A DNA stretch of 53,526 nucleotides, taken from NCBI GenBank assembly GCA_964561465.1, contig CAZLPP010000004.1:1-53526 (forward strand), in the 5' to 3' direction. Source of the DNA: an uncultured Dehalococcoidales bacterium (GTDB taxonomy: Bacteria > Chloroflexota > Dehalococcoidia > GIF9 > AB-539-J10). The position numbers and the translations under genes are program-made. This document shows positions 35,146 through 46,066 of this stretch, piece by piece; position 1 is the first letter of the stretch, and every line of letters starts with the position of its first letter. The notes under the pieces were generated by a model. The model was not told the DNA's origin, made no database searches, and saw only the letters and a program-made list of their open reading frames with translations.

Positions 35146-36472
35146 CGGGTTCGCTGCCGCGGCTGAGCTGTTGCAGCGGGGCGACCCCCTCGATGCGCTG
35201 CGGGGACAGCCGGCGCTGCTCGATGGCATCCGGACGACGTTTGGCGAACCGCTCACGCCCGACCAGGTTGTGACGCGGATAGTCGGGGACGTGCGAGTGC
35301 GCGGAGACGCCGCCGTCATCCACTACACCAGACTTGTCTCCGGTGTGCATCTCACATCGCTCGAAGTGCCGGGGCGGGCGGTAGCTGCCGCCGCGGATGC
35401 GCTCGATTCGTCGTTGCTGGACGCGCTGTGCCTGGCGGCTTCACGCATCCGGCAGTTCCATCAGGCGACTGCTGTGCGTCTGGGAGTGTCCTGGGTGAGC
35501 GAGGAGCTCGGGCGCCTGGTCCTGCCGCTTCAGAGAGTAGGGCTGTACGTTCCCGGCGGACGGTACTCGTATCCCTCGTCCGTCCTGATGTCAGCGATTC
35601 CCGCGAAGGTTGCGGGGGTGAACGAGGTCATCGTTGCGACTCCACCCTCGGCCGATGGCACCGTCCCACCGCTGACCCTCGCCGCCTGCGCCATGGCGGG
35701 AGTCGACCGCGTCTTCGCTGTGGGGGGCGCCCAGGCGATTGCGGCGCTCGCCTACGGGACGGAGACGGTGCCGCGGGTGGACAAGATCTGCGGCCCTGGC
35801 AATGTGTTCGTGACGCTGGCGAAGAAGATGGTGTTCGGCTCGGTCGATATCGACAGCCTTGCCGGGCCGAGCGAAGTGCTCATCATCGCCGACGGCGCGG
35901 CGTCACCTGTCTGCTGTGCCGCAGATATCCTTGCTCAGGCGGAGCACGACCCTCAGACGGCGGTAGTCCTGCTGACGGACTCGTCACGTCTGGCGGACTG
36001 CGTTGAACGAGAGCTTGAGCGGCAACTGGCGCAGCTTCCGCCGGCGTCCGCTCCGGCCGAGGCCGTCGGGCGAGGCGTGCTGGGAGTTGTCGAGTCGCTT
36101 TCCGATGCCGTGAGGCTCAGCAATCAGTTCGCCCCCGAGCACCTGGAGTTGCTGGTCGGCGAACCGGCGGCGCTTCTCGCCGGCATCAGGAACGCCGGGT
36201 GCATCTGCCTGGGGGAGCAGTCGCCTGTGGTGATGGGTGACTACATCGACGGCCCGAGCCATGTGTTGCCGACGGGCGGTAGCGCCCGGTTCTCCTCAGT
36301 TCTGGGCGTGCACGATTTCGTCAAGTACTCGAGTGTTGCGCGACTTGGCGGTGCTACAATGTCCGACCTCGGACCGGCGGCAATCCAGATTGCGAGAGCC
36401 GAGAGGCTCGAGGCTCACGCGAGGGCGATCGAGGCGCGACTCAGGCGCGCCGGAGACACTCCCTCATCGTGA
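35132..36472 (+). CDS. hisD: histidinol dehydrogenase
   Basis: GLYVPGG, GGAQAIAALAYG, GPGN, AGPSE, QAEHD, APEHL, HVLPT. Confidence 0.97.
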   Translation: MRRVDGFAAAAELLQRGDPLDALRGQPALLDGIRTTFGEPLTPDQVVTRIVGDVRVRGDAAVIHYTRLVSGVHLTSLEVPGRAVAAAADALDSSLLDALCLAASRIRQFHQATAVRLGVSWVSEELGRLVLPLQRVGLYVPGGRYSYPSSVLMSAIPAKVAGVNEVIVATPPSADGTVPPLTLAACAMAGVDRVFAVGGAQAIAALAYGTETVPRVDKICGPGNVFVTLAKKMVFGSVDIDSLAGPSEVLIIADGAASPVCCAADILAQAEHDPQTAVVLLTDSSRLADCVERELERQLAQLPPASAPAEAVGRGVLGVVESLSDAVRLSNQFAPEHLELLVGEPAALLAGIRNAGCICLGEQSPVVMGDYIDGPSHVLPTGGSARFSSVLGVHDFVKYSSVARLGGATMSDLGPAAIQIARAERLEAHARAIEARLRRAGDTPSS

Positions 36473-36483
36473 CGAGGTGACGC

Positions 36484-37596
36484 GTGGATATCGATCGTGT
36501 TGAGGGCCTGATTCGACCCGGCCTCGCAACGATGCGCGGTTACGACCCCATCGAGCCCATCGATGTGCTCGAGAAGGAGCTGGGCAAGCGCATCGTCAAG
36601 CTCGACGGAAACGAGAACCCCTACATGTCGTCGCCCACGGCGCGCGACGTGCTGGCCCGCTTCCCGTACTACCACATCTACCCCGACCCGCTGCAGCGGA
36701 ATCTGCGCGAAGCGCTCGCGGCCTACACGGGGTTCTCTCCTGAGAACATTGTGGCGGCGAACGGGAGCGATGAGATCATCGACCTCGTGCTGCGTCTGTT
36801 CGTGCGCGAAGGGCAGGAAGTGCTCAACTTCCCTCCGACGTTCGGCATGTATCCATTCCTGGTGACGGTGTGCGGCGGGACACTTGTGAACGTTCCGCGA
36901 AAGGGTGATTTCTCCCTCGATGTCCCGGGCGCCCGCGCGGCCGTGACTGCGCAATCGCGCGTTGCGTTCGTCGCCTCCCCGAACAATCCGACGGGAAGCG
37001 TTACCTCCGAGGCGGACGTGCGCGCGCTGCTGGACCTCGGGCTCATCGTCGCTGTCGACGAGGCGTACTACGAGTTCAGCGCCGGAACGGTTGCCGGCCT
37101 CGTTGCACAGCACCCGAACCTCGTCGTCATCCGGACCTTCAGCAAGTGGGCTGGTCTGGCCGGCCTTCGTGTCGGCTACTGCCTCTGCCACGAGAAGCTC
37201 GCGGGCCACTTCCTCACCATCAAGCAGCCTTACAACGTCAACGTGGCCGGAGAGGCTGCCGCGATAGCCTCCCTGCAGGATGTCGACTATCTGAAGGTGA
37301 ACGTGGCGAAGCTTCGCAAGGAGCGGGAGAGGCTGTGCGGCGCTCTGTCGGCCATCCCGTGGCTGCAGGTGTTCCCGTCGCAGGCTAACTTCGTGCTCTG
37401 CAAGGTGCACGAGACGAGCTCTGGAGGCAAGGTCATCACGGCGAAAGTCGTCAGGGATGGGTTGCGCAGGCGCGGCGTTCTCGTGCGGTTCTACGAGACA
37501 CCGGGGCTGCGTGATTGCCTGCGTATCAGCGTCGGCCTGCCGGAGGACACCGATGCGCTGCTTGCGGGGTTGAAGGAGGTGTGGGATGAAGCCTAG
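36484..37596 (+). CDS. hisC: histidinol-phosphate aminotransferase
   Basis: NENPY, NGSDE, SPNNPTG, DEAYYEF, RTFSKWAGLAGLRVGY. Confidence 0.96.
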   Translation: MDIDRVEGLIRPGLATMRGYDPIEPIDVLEKELGKRIVKLDGNENPYMSSPTARDVLARFPYYHIYPDPLQRNLREALAAYTGFSPENIVAANGSDEIIDLVLRLFVREGQEVLNFPPTFGMYPFLVTVCGGTLVNVPRKGDFSLDVPGARAAVTAQSRVAFVASPNNPTGSVTSEADVRALLDLGLIVAVDEAYYEFSAGTVAGLVAQHPNLVVIRTFSKWAGLAGLRVGYCLCHEKLAGHFLTIKQPYNVNVAGEAAAIASLQDVDYLKVNVAKLRKERERLCGALSAIPWLQVFPSQANFVLCKVHETSSGGKVITAKVVRDGLRRRGVLVRFYETPGLRDCLRISVGLPEDTDALLAGLKEVWDEA

Positions 37597-38176
37597 GTCG
37601 TCCCGGGTTTCCCGTGACACAACCGAGACGCACGTTGTCGTGGACCTTGCCCTCGATGGTACGGGCCGTTCCACGGTCGACACCGGCATTCGCATGTTTG
37701 ACCACCTCCTGACGCAGATTGCTCGCCACGGTCTGTTTGATGTTGCCGTGGCTGCTTCGGGCGACGACCAGCACCATGTGGTGGAGGATGTGGCCATTTG
37801 CCTGGGGCGGGCGCTGAATGAGGCTCTAGGTGACAGGGCCGGCGTCGTCCGTATGGCGCACGCCATCGTGCCGATGGATGAGGCCCTCTCCCTTGTCGCC
37901 ATCGACCTCAGTGGGCGGGGTGGGGCAGTTGTCTCGGCGCCTTTTGCCGCGGGGCACATCGGCGACCTCGAGAGCGACCTCGTGCGGCACTTCCTCGTGT
38001 CGCTGTCCTCCGAAGCCAAGATGACGCTCCACGCGCGTGTCGAGTCCGGGCTCAACGATCACCACAAGGCCGAGAGCCTCTTCAAGGCCCTGGCGCGCGC
38101 ACTGGACGGCGCCTGCCGAATCGATTCCCGGCGTGAGGGTGACGTGCCCAGCAGCAAGGGCATGCTCGAGCACTGA
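37586..38176 (+). CDS. hisB: imidazoleglycerol-phosphate dehydratase
   Basis: FDHLL, HHVVED, PMDEAL, NDHHKAE, PSSKG. Confidence 0.97.
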   Translation: MKPRSSRVSRDTTETHVVVDLALDGTGRSTVDTGIRMFDHLLTQIARHGLFDVAVAASGDDQHHVVEDVAICLGRALNEALGDRAGVVRMAHAIVPMDEALSLVAIDLSGRGGAVVSAPFAAGHIGDLESDLVRHFLVSLSSEAKMTLHARVESGLNDHHKAESLFKALARALDGACRIDSRREGDVPSSKGMLEH

Positions 38177-38289
38177 CACCCGCCGGACTCCGCGGTCTCA
38201 CCTGTCCGGCCTCACGCGAGGCCTCTGCCGGCGCGCCTTGTCCCACCAGGTCAATCGCGTTGTGATAGTCTGTTGTGGAGGTGACGCCC

Positions 38290-39261
38290 ATGATGAAGAG
38301 GATTGCGGTTCTGACGAGCGGCGGCGATGCGCCGGGAATGAACGCGGCCATACGCGCCGTTGCGCGATGCGGTCCGGCGTACGGTCTTGAGGTTGTCGGC
38401 ATCCGGCGCGGCTACGCCGGGCTGCTGGACGGGGACATCGTCGAGCTCGGACCGCGCGCTGTGGCAAACATAATCCACCGGGGCGGGACCATCCTGGGTA
38501 CCGCGCGTTGCGAGCAGATGAAGACTCCCGCGGGGCTTCGCAAAGCTGTGGAGCAACTCGAGAAAGCCAACGTCGGAGGACTGGTGGCCATCGGGGGTGA
38601 CGGGACGTTCCGCGGCGCGCTTGAGCTGTCGAGATTGACGGCGGTGAGCGTCGTCGGGGCGCCTGGCACAATCGACAACGACCTCTACGGTACGGACGCG
38701 ACCATCGGCTTCGACACCGCGGTCAACACGGCGCTTGAAGCTATCGACCGGATTCGGGACACTGCGGAAGCGCACCAGCGGCTCTTCTTCGTGGAGGTGA
38801 TGGGGCGCACACGCGGTTTTATTGCCCTTCACGTTGGCCTCGCAGGAGGCGCCGAGGAGGTGCTGGTGCCCGAGATCAGAACCGACGTCGAAGCGCTCGG
38901 TGCGAGCATCAGGGCGCAACTGGCTGCAGGCAAGCGGGCCAGCATCGTGGTGGTGGCCGAGGGAGACGATGCCGGGCGGGCCTTCGACGTGGCGCACAAG
39001 ATGTGTGACGGCCTGGCGATGGACTACAGGGTCTGCGTGCTGGGGCACGTGCAGCGCGGCGGACCGCCGTCGGCTCGCGACAGGCTGCTGGCAAGCAAAC
39101 TTGGGGCCAGGGCCGTGCAGGTGCTGGCCGAAGGCCGCAGCGGCGTCATGGTCGGCGAGGTGTGCAACCGGGTGGTTGAGACGCCGTTCGAGCAGACATT
39201 CTCCAATCAGAAGGACCTCGACCAGGAGCTCCTGCAACTCCTGAAGGTACTCGCAAGATAG
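38290..39261 (+). CDS. pfkA: ATP-dependent 6-phosphofructokinase
   Basis: TSGGDAPGMN, GGTILGTAR, GGDGT, TIDND, EVMGR, LGHVQRGG. Confidence 0.96.
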   Translation: MMKRIAVLTSGGDAPGMNAAIRAVARCGPAYGLEVVGIRRGYAGLLDGDIVELGPRAVANIIHRGGTILGTARCEQMKTPAGLRKAVEQLEKANVGGLVAIGGDGTFRGALELSRLTAVSVVGAPGTIDNDLYGTDATIGFDTAVNTALEAIDRIRDTAEAHQRLFFVEVMGRTRGFIALHVGLAGGAEEVLVPEIRTDVEALGASIRAQLAAGKRASIVVVAEGDDAGRAFDVAHKMCDGLAMDYRVCVLGHVQRGGPPSARDRLLASKLGARAVQVLAEGRSGVMVGEVCNRVVETPFEQTFSNQKDLDQELLQLLKVLAR

Positions 39262-39279
39262 TCGTCTGAAGGGAGGAGA

Positions 39280-40248
39280 GTGATGAGACTCGGCAAGTAT
39301 CGAGGAATGCAGCGCATGTCGAACGAGCGCGGCTGCCTTTCCATGTGCGCGCTCGACCACCGTGGTTCACTTCAGAAGATGCTGAAGGAGGGCCTTGGAC
39401 GGGAACCGGGCTACCAGGACATGGTGGATTTCAAGTTCGATATCTGCCGGGCGCTTTCGCCGCACTGCAGTGCCGTATTGCTCGACCCGGTCTACGGGGC
39501 GGCGCAGGCGATTGCCGCCAACGTGTTCTCAGGCAAGGCGGGATTGCTCGTCTCTCTCGAAGAGACCGGCTATGAAGGAAGCGGAGAGGCCAGGTTGAGC
39601 CGGTCGCTCGAAGGATGGAACGCCGAGAAGGTGAGGCGGATGGGAGCGGACGGCGCCAAGCTCCTGCTGTACTACCGACCGGACGTTGCTGTGGCGGCAC
39701 GACAGAGGGCGCTCGTCACGGAGCTGGCGGCGCGTTGCGACGAACAGGAGCTCGCCTTTGTGGTGGAGCCTGTCGGGTATGCTGTGGGCGATGAGGCGGC
39801 CGGCGGACGCTACGGGCAGGTCAAGCCGGAGATCGTCATCAGGACTGCGGAGGAGTTGACTCCGCTGGGTATCGACATCCTCAAGGCGGAGTTCCCGACC
39901 GACTCGAAGACAGAGAAAGATGAGTCGAAGATGCTGGAGTACTGCAAGCGCCTGGACGGTGCGAGCAGGGTACCGTGGATCATCCTCAGTGGCGGTGTCG
40001 ACTTCCGCCTGTTTGTCAGACAGGTAGAGATAGCCTGCCGCGCCGGAGCATCCGGCTTCCTCGGAGGACGGGCGCTCTGGCAGGAGGCTACGTCCATTGC
40101 TTCGCGGGAGCAGCGACAGGAGTTCTTCCAGACGACGGTCGTTGACCGGCTCCGTCTCGCCATGGCGGTCGCGGACGCGTATGCCACTCCGTGGTACAAA
40201 CGCGCGGAGGCCCCCGCAATCGTCGACGGGTGGTATCGCTCGTACTAG
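39280..40248 (+). CDS. lacD: LacD-family class I aldolase (tagatose-1,6-bisphosphate aldolase-like)
   Basis: ALDHRGSL, LLDPVYG, KLLLYYRP, DILKAEFP, LSGGV, SGFLGGRALW. Confidence 0.88.
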   Translation: MMRLGKYRGMQRMSNERGCLSMCALDHRGSLQKMLKEGLGREPGYQDMVDFKFDICRALSPHCSAVLLDPVYGAAQAIAANVFSGKAGLLVSLEETGYEGSGEARLSRSLEGWNAEKVRRMGADGAKLLLYYRPDVAVAARQRALVTELAARCDEQELAFVVEPVGYAVGDEAAGGRYGQVKPEIVIRTAEELTPLGIDILKAEFPTDSKTEKDESKMLEYCKRLDGASRVPWIILSGGVDFRLFVRQVEIACRAGASGFLGGRALWQEATSIASREQRQEFFQTTVVDRLRLAMAVADAYATPWYKRAEAPAIVDGWYRSY

Positions 40249-40255
40249 ATCGCGC

Positions 40256-41152
40256 TCACTCTGTGAGGCGGCGAAAGATGGTCAGGTAGCGCTCCGTCGT
40301 CGCGGCGACGACTTCAGGCGGCAGCGGTGGTACCGGGGCCTTCCCGTTCCAACCTGACCCTGCGAGCCAGTCGCGTACCGGCTGCTTGTCGTAGCCGGCT
40401 TGCGCCTGTCCGACCTTGTAGTCCGACGCCGCCCAGAAGCGGCTCGAGTCAGGTGTCACCGCCTCATCGATGAGGATGAGCCCGCCGTCGAGATGACCGA
40501 ACTCGAACTTGGTGTCGGCGACGATGATGCCGCGCTGGAGGGCGTGGCCGGCGGCGTGAACGTAGACGGTACGGGTCGCCTCTTCCAGGGCCGGCATCGT
40601 GTCCTGCAGCCGAAGGGCCGAAACATCGGAGTCGGTCAGGGGACGATCGTGTTCGGACTCGCTCTTGGTTGTTGGCGTGAAGAGGGGTTCGGAGAGACGT
40701 TCGCTCTCTCTCAGTCCCGGGGGCATCGGCTGCCCGTTCACCGTGCCGTGGGCCTTGTACTCCGCCCAGGCGGAACCTGAGAGGTACCCGCGGATGACGC
40801 ATTCAACCGGAATTCTGGCTGCCTTGCGCACCACCATCGAACGGCCGATGAGGTAGGCGGGCAGGGGATCCTTGAGCTTCAGCCTCGCGACGAGGCGCCG
40901 GAGCGATTCGGCGTTGTCGAGCGACTCGACCATGTGGTTCGGCATGATGTGAGCCGTCTCCCGGAACCAGAAGGCGGACATCTGGTTCAGCACCCGGCCC
41001 TTCTCGGGGACACCCGAGGGGAGGACGATATCGAAAGCCGATATGCGGTCCGTCGATACGATGAGGAGTTCCGCACCGAGGTCGTACACGTCGCGGACCT
41101 TCCCGCGCTGGAACAGGGGCAGGGGCAGAGACGTCTCAGTCACTGCGGTCAT
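40256..41152 (-). CDS. purC: SAICAR synthetase
   Basis: GKVRDVY, DRISAFD, ECVIRGY, ADTKFEFG, TPDSSRFW, DKQ. Confidence 0.96.
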   Translation of the reverse strand: MTAVTETSLPLPLFQRGKVRDVYDLGAELLIVSTDRISAFDIVLPSGVPEKGRVLNQMSAFWFRETAHIMPNHMVESLDNAESLRRLVARLKLKDPLPAYLIGRSMVVRKAARIPVECVIRGYLSGSAWAEYKAHGTVNGQPMPPGLRESERLSEPLFTPTTKSESEHDRPLTDSDVSALRLQDTMPALEEATRTVYVHAAGHALQRGIIVADTKFEFGHLDGGLILIDEAVTPDSSRFWAASDYKVGQAQAGYDKQPVRDWLAGSGWNGKAPVPPLPPEVVAATTERYLTIFRRLTE

Positions 41153-41180
41153 AGATGCTCTCCTTCTGGCGTGCAGGGTC

Positions 41181-42509
41181 TCAGCACTTCCGCGTTGCGT
41201 GGTGCGGCCGCGGTGCTGAGTCGATACCGGCGCGGGCAAAGATGCCGTCGACCTCCTTCAAGTAGCACCCGTAGTCGAAGACCCGATCGAAGTCCTCTCT
41301 TGTGAGCCTGCTGCCGACCTGGGAGTCGTCCTCCAGCAGAGTGCGGAAGGACTGCTCGGACTGCCACGCCTTCATCGCGTGCCCCTGGACTATCTCGTAG
41401 GCATCCTGGCGCGTCATCCCTTTATCGATGAGCGCGAGCAGGGCGCGCTGCGAGAAGATAAGGCCCCGCGTCATCTCGACGTTTCGACGCATCCGGTCGA
41501 CGTTGACGCGCATGCCGCGGACGATCGACGTGAAGATGTTCAGCGTGTAGTCGAGCACCAGGCAAGAGTCGGGCAGGATGATGCGCTCGACCGACGAGTG
41601 GCTGATGTCACGCTCGTGCCACAGGGCCATGTTCTCGAGGGACGCCATGGCATTCCCCCGGACGAGTCTGGCGAGGCCGCTGACCCGCTCGCACAGCTCG
41701 GGATTGCGCTTGTGGGGCATGGCGGAGGACCCGGTCTGGCCCTGTTCGAACGGCTCCTCGAGCTCCTGTACCTCCGTCTTCTGAAGAGCGCGCACCTCGG
41801 TGGCGAACTTCTCCAGCGAGCCGGCGATGATGGCGAGCGTCGTGAGAAACTCGGCATGGCGGTCGCGCTGTATCACCTGGTTCGAAACCTCGGCGACGCC
41901 GAGTCCGAGTCTGCGGCAGGCGCTCTCCTCCACCTCGAGCGGTACCGTTGCGTGTGTCCCGACTGCGCCGGAAATCATGCCCACGGAGATGGCCTCAGTG
42001 GCGCGGGCAAGTCGAACCGCGTTGCGCTCCATCTCCTTGACCCACAGCGCCAGCTTCAATCCGAAGGTCATCGGCTCCGCATGTACGCCGTGCGTGCGGC
42101 CTATCATGATGGTGTGCTTATGTTCGAGCGCGCGACTCCTCAGCACGGCGGTGAGGGACTCTACATCCTTCTGCAGAATTGCCGCCGCGTCCCTGAGTTG
42201 CAATCCGAGGGCGGTGTCCATCACGTCGGACGAGGTCAGTCCCAGGTGGATGTAGCGTGACTCAGGACCGAGGCTCTCAGCGACGGCGCCGAGGAACGCT
42301 GTGACGTCATGATGGGTCACCTGCAGGATCTGGGCCAGCCGGTCCAGATTGCACGTGGCACCGCGTATCTTCTCCATGTCCTCGGCAGGGATGCGCCCCA
42401 GCTCGCACCATGCCTCGCAGACAGCTACCTCGACCTTCAGCCACAGGGCGAACTTGTGGTCCTCGGACCAGATGTGCTTCATCTCGGGGAGGGAATAGCG
42501 TTCGATCAT
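41181..42509 (-). CDS. purB: adenylosuccinate lyase
   Basis: MIERYS, HLGLTSSD, GRTHGVHAEP, GSSAMPHKRNP, WHERDISHSS. Confidence 0.97.
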   Translation of the reverse strand: MIERYSLPEMKHIWSEDHKFALWLKVEVAVCEAWCELGRIPAEDMEKIRGATCNLDRLAQILQVTHHDVTAFLGAVAESLGPESRYIHLGLTSSDVMDTALGLQLRDAAAILQKDVESLTAVLRSRALEHKHTIMIGRTHGVHAEPMTFGLKLALWVKEMERNAVRLARATEAISVGMISGAVGTHATVPLEVEESACRRLGLGVAEVSNQVIQRDRHAEFLTTLAIIAGSLEKFATEVRALQKTEVQELEEPFEQGQTGSSAMPHKRNPELCERVSGLARLVRGNAMASLENMALWHERDISHSSVERIILPDSCLVLDYTLNIFTSIVRGMRVNVDRMRRNVEMTRGLIFSQRALLALIDKGMTRQDAYEIVQGHAMKAWQSEQSFRTLLEDDSQVGSRLTREDFDRVFDYGCYLKEVDGIFARAGIDSAPRPHHATRKC

Positions 42510-42516
42510 GTGATCC

Positions 42517-42978
42517 TCACTGGGTCGCGAGCTTCTCGCGATAGGCGCGATAGGCTGCGCGAAGTCGTTCATCTTCGACGGCGAGCATCTGGATGGCGAG
42601 CAGCGCTGCGTTTCTTGCGCCGCTCTTGCCGATCCCGGTGCAGGCCACGGGGACTCCCCCGGGCATCTGGACGATGGATAGCAGAGAGTCGACTCCGCTG
42701 AGGTCGCTTGTTGGCAGGGGGATGCCGATGACCGGGAGAGGACTCCAAGCCGCGAGTGCACCCGGAAGGTGCGCGGCATAGCCTGCCGCCGCGATGAGCA
42801 CCTTGATGCCCCTGCTCTCGGCGGCCAGTGCGTAGCTCCGCACGCGCTCGGGCGTGCGATGAGCCGAGAGGACGCTTACCTCGTAAGACACCTCGAACTC
42901 GTCGAGCACCTGCGCAGCAGGCGCCACGAGCTCGCGGTCATTCTGGCTTCCGATGACGATGCCCACGCGCGGGTCCAT
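42517..42978 (-). CDS. purE: N5-CAIR mutase / AIR carboxylase
   Basis: [30 protein letters not shown]. Confidence 0.96.
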   Translation of the reverse strand: MDPRVGIVIGSQNDRELVAPAAQVLDEFEVSYEVSVLSAHRTPERVRSYALAAESRGIKVLIAAAGYAAHLPGALAAWSPLPVIGIPLPTSDLSGVDSLLSIVQMPGGVPVACTGIGKSGARNAALLAIQMLAVEDERLRAAYRAYREKLATQ

Positions 42979-44244
42979 CTAGGCCACCTCTCTCAGGGCG
43001 ATGTCGGTCCGGTAGATCATGTTCGGGAACGAGACGCGGATGACGTTGTTATACACCCTTTCCCGGGCCTCCGCCATCGTGGCGGCTGCAGCCACGACGG
43101 CAAGCACACGGCCCCCGTCGGTCACCACCCTGCCGTCGGCACCGGTAGCTGTTCCGGCATGGAGCAGGAGGACGTCCCTGTCGACGCGGTCAAGGCCGGT
43201 GATGGGCAGTCCTCTGGCATAGCTGCCAGGATAGCCTCCTGACGCCATGACCACGCCGACGCACGGACCGCTCTTCCATCTGATTGAGACCCTGTCAAGC
43301 GTGCCCTCGACGCACGCCATCAGGATCTCCGCCAGGTCACCTTCCAGTCTGGGCAGAATGACCTGCGTTTCCGGATCGCCGAACCGGGCGTTGAACTCGA
43401 GAACGCGTATGCGATCTCCATCGACCATCAGGCCGGCGTAGAGGACTCCCCTGTACTCACATCCACTTGAGGCCATGGCGCGAACGACCGGCCGGATGAC
43501 CTCATCCACGGTTCGCCGGACCATGTCCTCGCCGAAGAACGCCGGAGGACTATAGCAACCCATGCCGCCGGTGTTCGGCCCCGCGTCATCGTCGCCGACG
43601 CGCTTGTAGTCGCACGCGGGCACCATGGGGGCCACGTTTGTGCCATCTGTGAAGGCAAGCAGGCTGACCTCGCGCCCCTCGAGGTACTCCTCCACGACCA
43701 CGCGGTCGCCTGCCTCTCCGAACACCCGTCGGACGAGCATGTCCTCGAGTGCGGCTTGTGCCTCTCCGGTGGTCTGAGCCACGATGGCTCCCTTTCCAGC
43801 CGCGAGACCGTCCGCCTTCACGACGACGGGCGGAACGAGCCCGTCAACGTACTCCCGCGCTTCTGGAAAAGAGGTGAACACGCGCGAGTTCGCGGCTGGC
43901 ACGCCGCACGAGCGCATGACCTCGTGGGCGAACGCCTTGCTCGATTCGAGACGGGCGGCGTCGCGTCGCGGCCCGAATGTGGGGATGCCGGACTGCTGAA
44001 GCAGATCGACGACTCCAAGCGCCAGCGGAACCTCGGGCCCGACCACAACGAGGTCGACCCTTAGTTCCTTCGCAGCGCGTATCAGCCCGGGCAGGTCTGT
44101 GGCAGCGATGGGCAGGTTCCGGGCAAGCGTTGCTGTGCCGGCGTTTCCGGGCGCGACGAAGAGCTCGGACACCTTCGGGCTGAGCGATAGCTTCCAGGCG
44201 AGCGCGTGCTCGCGGCCTCCGCCGCCGATGACGAGTACCCTCAC
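42979..44244 (-). CDS. purD: phosphoribosylamine-glycine ligase
   Basis: GGGGREHAL, APGNAG, KADGLAAGKG, GPNTGGMG, EFNARFGDPE, GGRVL; GTG 44244. Confidence 0.97.
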   Translation of the reverse strand: MRVLVIGGGGREHALAWKLSLSPKVSELFVAPGNAGTATLARNLPIAATDLPGLIRAAKELRVDLVVVGPEVPLALGVVDLLQQSGIPTFGPRRDAARLESSKAFAHEVMRSCGVPAANSRVFTSFPEAREYVDGLVPPVVVKADGLAAGKGAIVAQTTGEAQAALEDMLVRRVFGEAGDRVVVEEYLEGREVSLLAFTDGTNVAPMVPACDYKRVGDDDAGPNTGGMGCYSPPAFFGEDMVRRTVDEVIRPVVRAMASSGCEYRGVLYAGLMVDGDRIRVLEFNARFGDPETQVILPRLEGDLAEILMACVEGTLDRVSIRWKSGPCVGVVMASGGYPGSYARGLPITGLDRVDRDVLLLHAGTATGADGRVVTDGGRVLAVVAAAATMAEARERVYNNVIRVSFPNMIYRTDIALREVA

Positions 44245-44345
44245 CTGCTGGTGTTCCTCTCCGCCCCGGCAAGCCTTCGAATCGCGATGCCGCTGGAAAT
44301 ACGTCTCCCGGGGACTGGCACTGCGGTGCGTTGCGGGTAGATGGC

Positions 44346-46010
44346 CTACTCCCACTCTATAGTCGCGGGGGGTTTGCTGGTAATGTCGTAGACCACACGG
44401 TTCACGTGCGGGACCTCATTCACGATGCGGTCAGCGATCCTGTCAAGCAACTCGTAGGGCAGCCGTGCCCAGTCGGCGGTCATCGCGTCCGTGCTGTTCA
44501 CCGCGCGGACTGCGATGAGATAACCGTAGGTCCTGAAGTCGCCCATGACACCGACGCTGCGCACGTCGGTCAGGACCGCGAAGCTCTGCCAGAGCTGCCC
44601 GTAGAGCTTCGCCTTCTTGATCTCGTTCATGACGATCCAGTCAGCACTGCGCAGGATTTCAAGCCGCTCGCGGGTGACCTCCCCGATGACGCGGATGGAG
44701 AGACCCGGGCCGGGGAACGGCTGGCGCCACACCATCTCCTCGGGGAGGCCGAGCGCCAGACCGACCTCACGAACCTCGTCCTTGAACAGGTAGCGCAGCG
44801 GCTCGACCAGATTCAGGCGCATCGTGGAAGGAAGACCACCGACGTTGTGGTGGCTCTTGATGCGCGCGGTCGCCTTGTGCTCCGCGGACGTGGCGCTCTC
44901 GATCACATCCGGATAGACGGTGCCCTGCGCCAGGAAATCGGCGGCGCCCAGCTTCGCCGCTTCCTCTTCGAAGATGTTGATGAACTCTCCGCCCACTATC
45001 CGGCGCTTCTGCTCGGGGTCGATGACGCCGCGAAGCCTGTTCAGGAACCGGTCGCTGGCATCGACGTAGACGATCTGCATCTTGAGGTTGTTGTGGAACG
45101 TGTTGAGCACGCGCTCAGGTTCCTCGCGGCGCAGGAGCCCGTTGTTGATGAAGAAGCACGTCAGGTCGTCGCCGATAGCCCTGTGAATCAGGGTGGCTGT
45201 CACCGCGGAGTCAACTCCGCCCGAGAGAGCGCAGACAACCTTGCCTCCCTGCACCTGCTCCCGGATTCGCTCGACGCTTTCCGTGATGAACTGAGCGGGA
45301 GTCCAGTTGCCGCTGCAGCCGCAGACGCGATAGGCGAAGTTCTCGAGGATCTGGCGGCCCTGCGGCGTGTGGGTGACCTCGGGGTGGAACTGGAGGCCGA
45401 ACACGCCGTGCCCGTTGCCGATGACGGCGTAAGGCGAGTTCTCGGTGTAGGCGAGCGCTCTGAATCCCTGGGGCAGCTCGGTGACGGTGTCACCGTGGCT
45501 CATCCACACCGGGCAGGACGGCGGCAGTCCGGCGAACAGCGGAGAATCCTGCGCCTCAAGGTGCAGCACGGCATGTCCGTACTCGTGCTTCTCGCCCGGG
45601 GCTACCTTGCCGCCAAGCTGGTGGGCAATCGCCTGCATCCCGTAGCAGATGCCCAGCACCGGCAGCCCCTTCTCAAAGACGTAGTTGGGAGCCAGGGGCG
45701 CACCCGGAGCGTAAACGCTGGCCGGTCCGCCCGAGAGGACGAATCCCTTCGGGTTGAGCGTCTCCAGACGTTCCCACGGCGTATCGCTGGGCAGGATCTC
45801 GCAGTACACGTGCAACTCGCGGATTCTCCTGGCGATGAGCATGGTGTACTGGGAGCCGAAATCGAGTATGACGATCGTCTCGCGACCGCTGAGCGGAGCC
45901 GTCTCTCTGGGGAGCGGCTGTTCAGCCTGCAGCGATTTCGCGATGCCGAGGTAGGTTGAGACCTCGATGTCATCGCTGGTCGAGATGCGGCGAGTTCTGT
46001 CTTCTTCCAT
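44346..46010 (-). CDS. guaA: GMP synthase (glutamine-hydrolysing)
   Basis: [45 protein letters not shown]. Confidence 0.98.
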   Translation of the reverse strand: MEEDRTRRISTSDDIEVSTYLGIAKSLQAEQPLPRETAPLSGRETIVILDFGSQYTMLIARRIRELHVYCEILPSDTPWERLETLNPKGFVLSGGPASVYAPGAPLAPNYVFEKGLPVLGICYGMQAIAHQLGGKVAPGEKHEYGHAVLHLEAQDSPLFAGLPPSCPVWMSHGDTVTELPQGFRALAYTENSPYAVIGNGHGVFGLQFHPEVTHTPQGRQILENFAYRVCGCSGNWTPAQFITESVERIREQVQGGKVVCALSGGVDSAVTATLIHRAIGDDLTCFFINNGLLRREEPERVLNTFHNNLKMQIVYVDASDRFLNRLRGVIDPEQKRRIVGGEFINIFEEEAAKLGAADFLAQGTVYPDVIESATSAEHKATARIKSHHNVGGLPSTMRLNLVEPLRYLFKDEVREVGLALGLPEEMVWRQPFPGPGLSIRVIGEVTRERLEILRSADWIVMNEIKKAKLYGQLWQSFAVLTDVRSVGVMGDFRTYGYLIAVRAVNSTDAMTADWARLPYELLDRIADRIVNEVPHVNRVVYDITSKPPATIEWE

Positions 46011-46036
46011 GGCGGGTGACGGGAACCGGTTTTGCT

Positions 46037-46066
46037 AGCTTAGCATCGCCCGTTCTGGAGCGTCAA
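46037..46066 (-). promoter_or_regulatory. putative promoter of the guaA-pur operon
   Basis: TTGACG-N18-TAAGCT with an extended -10 TG. Confidence 0.5.
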
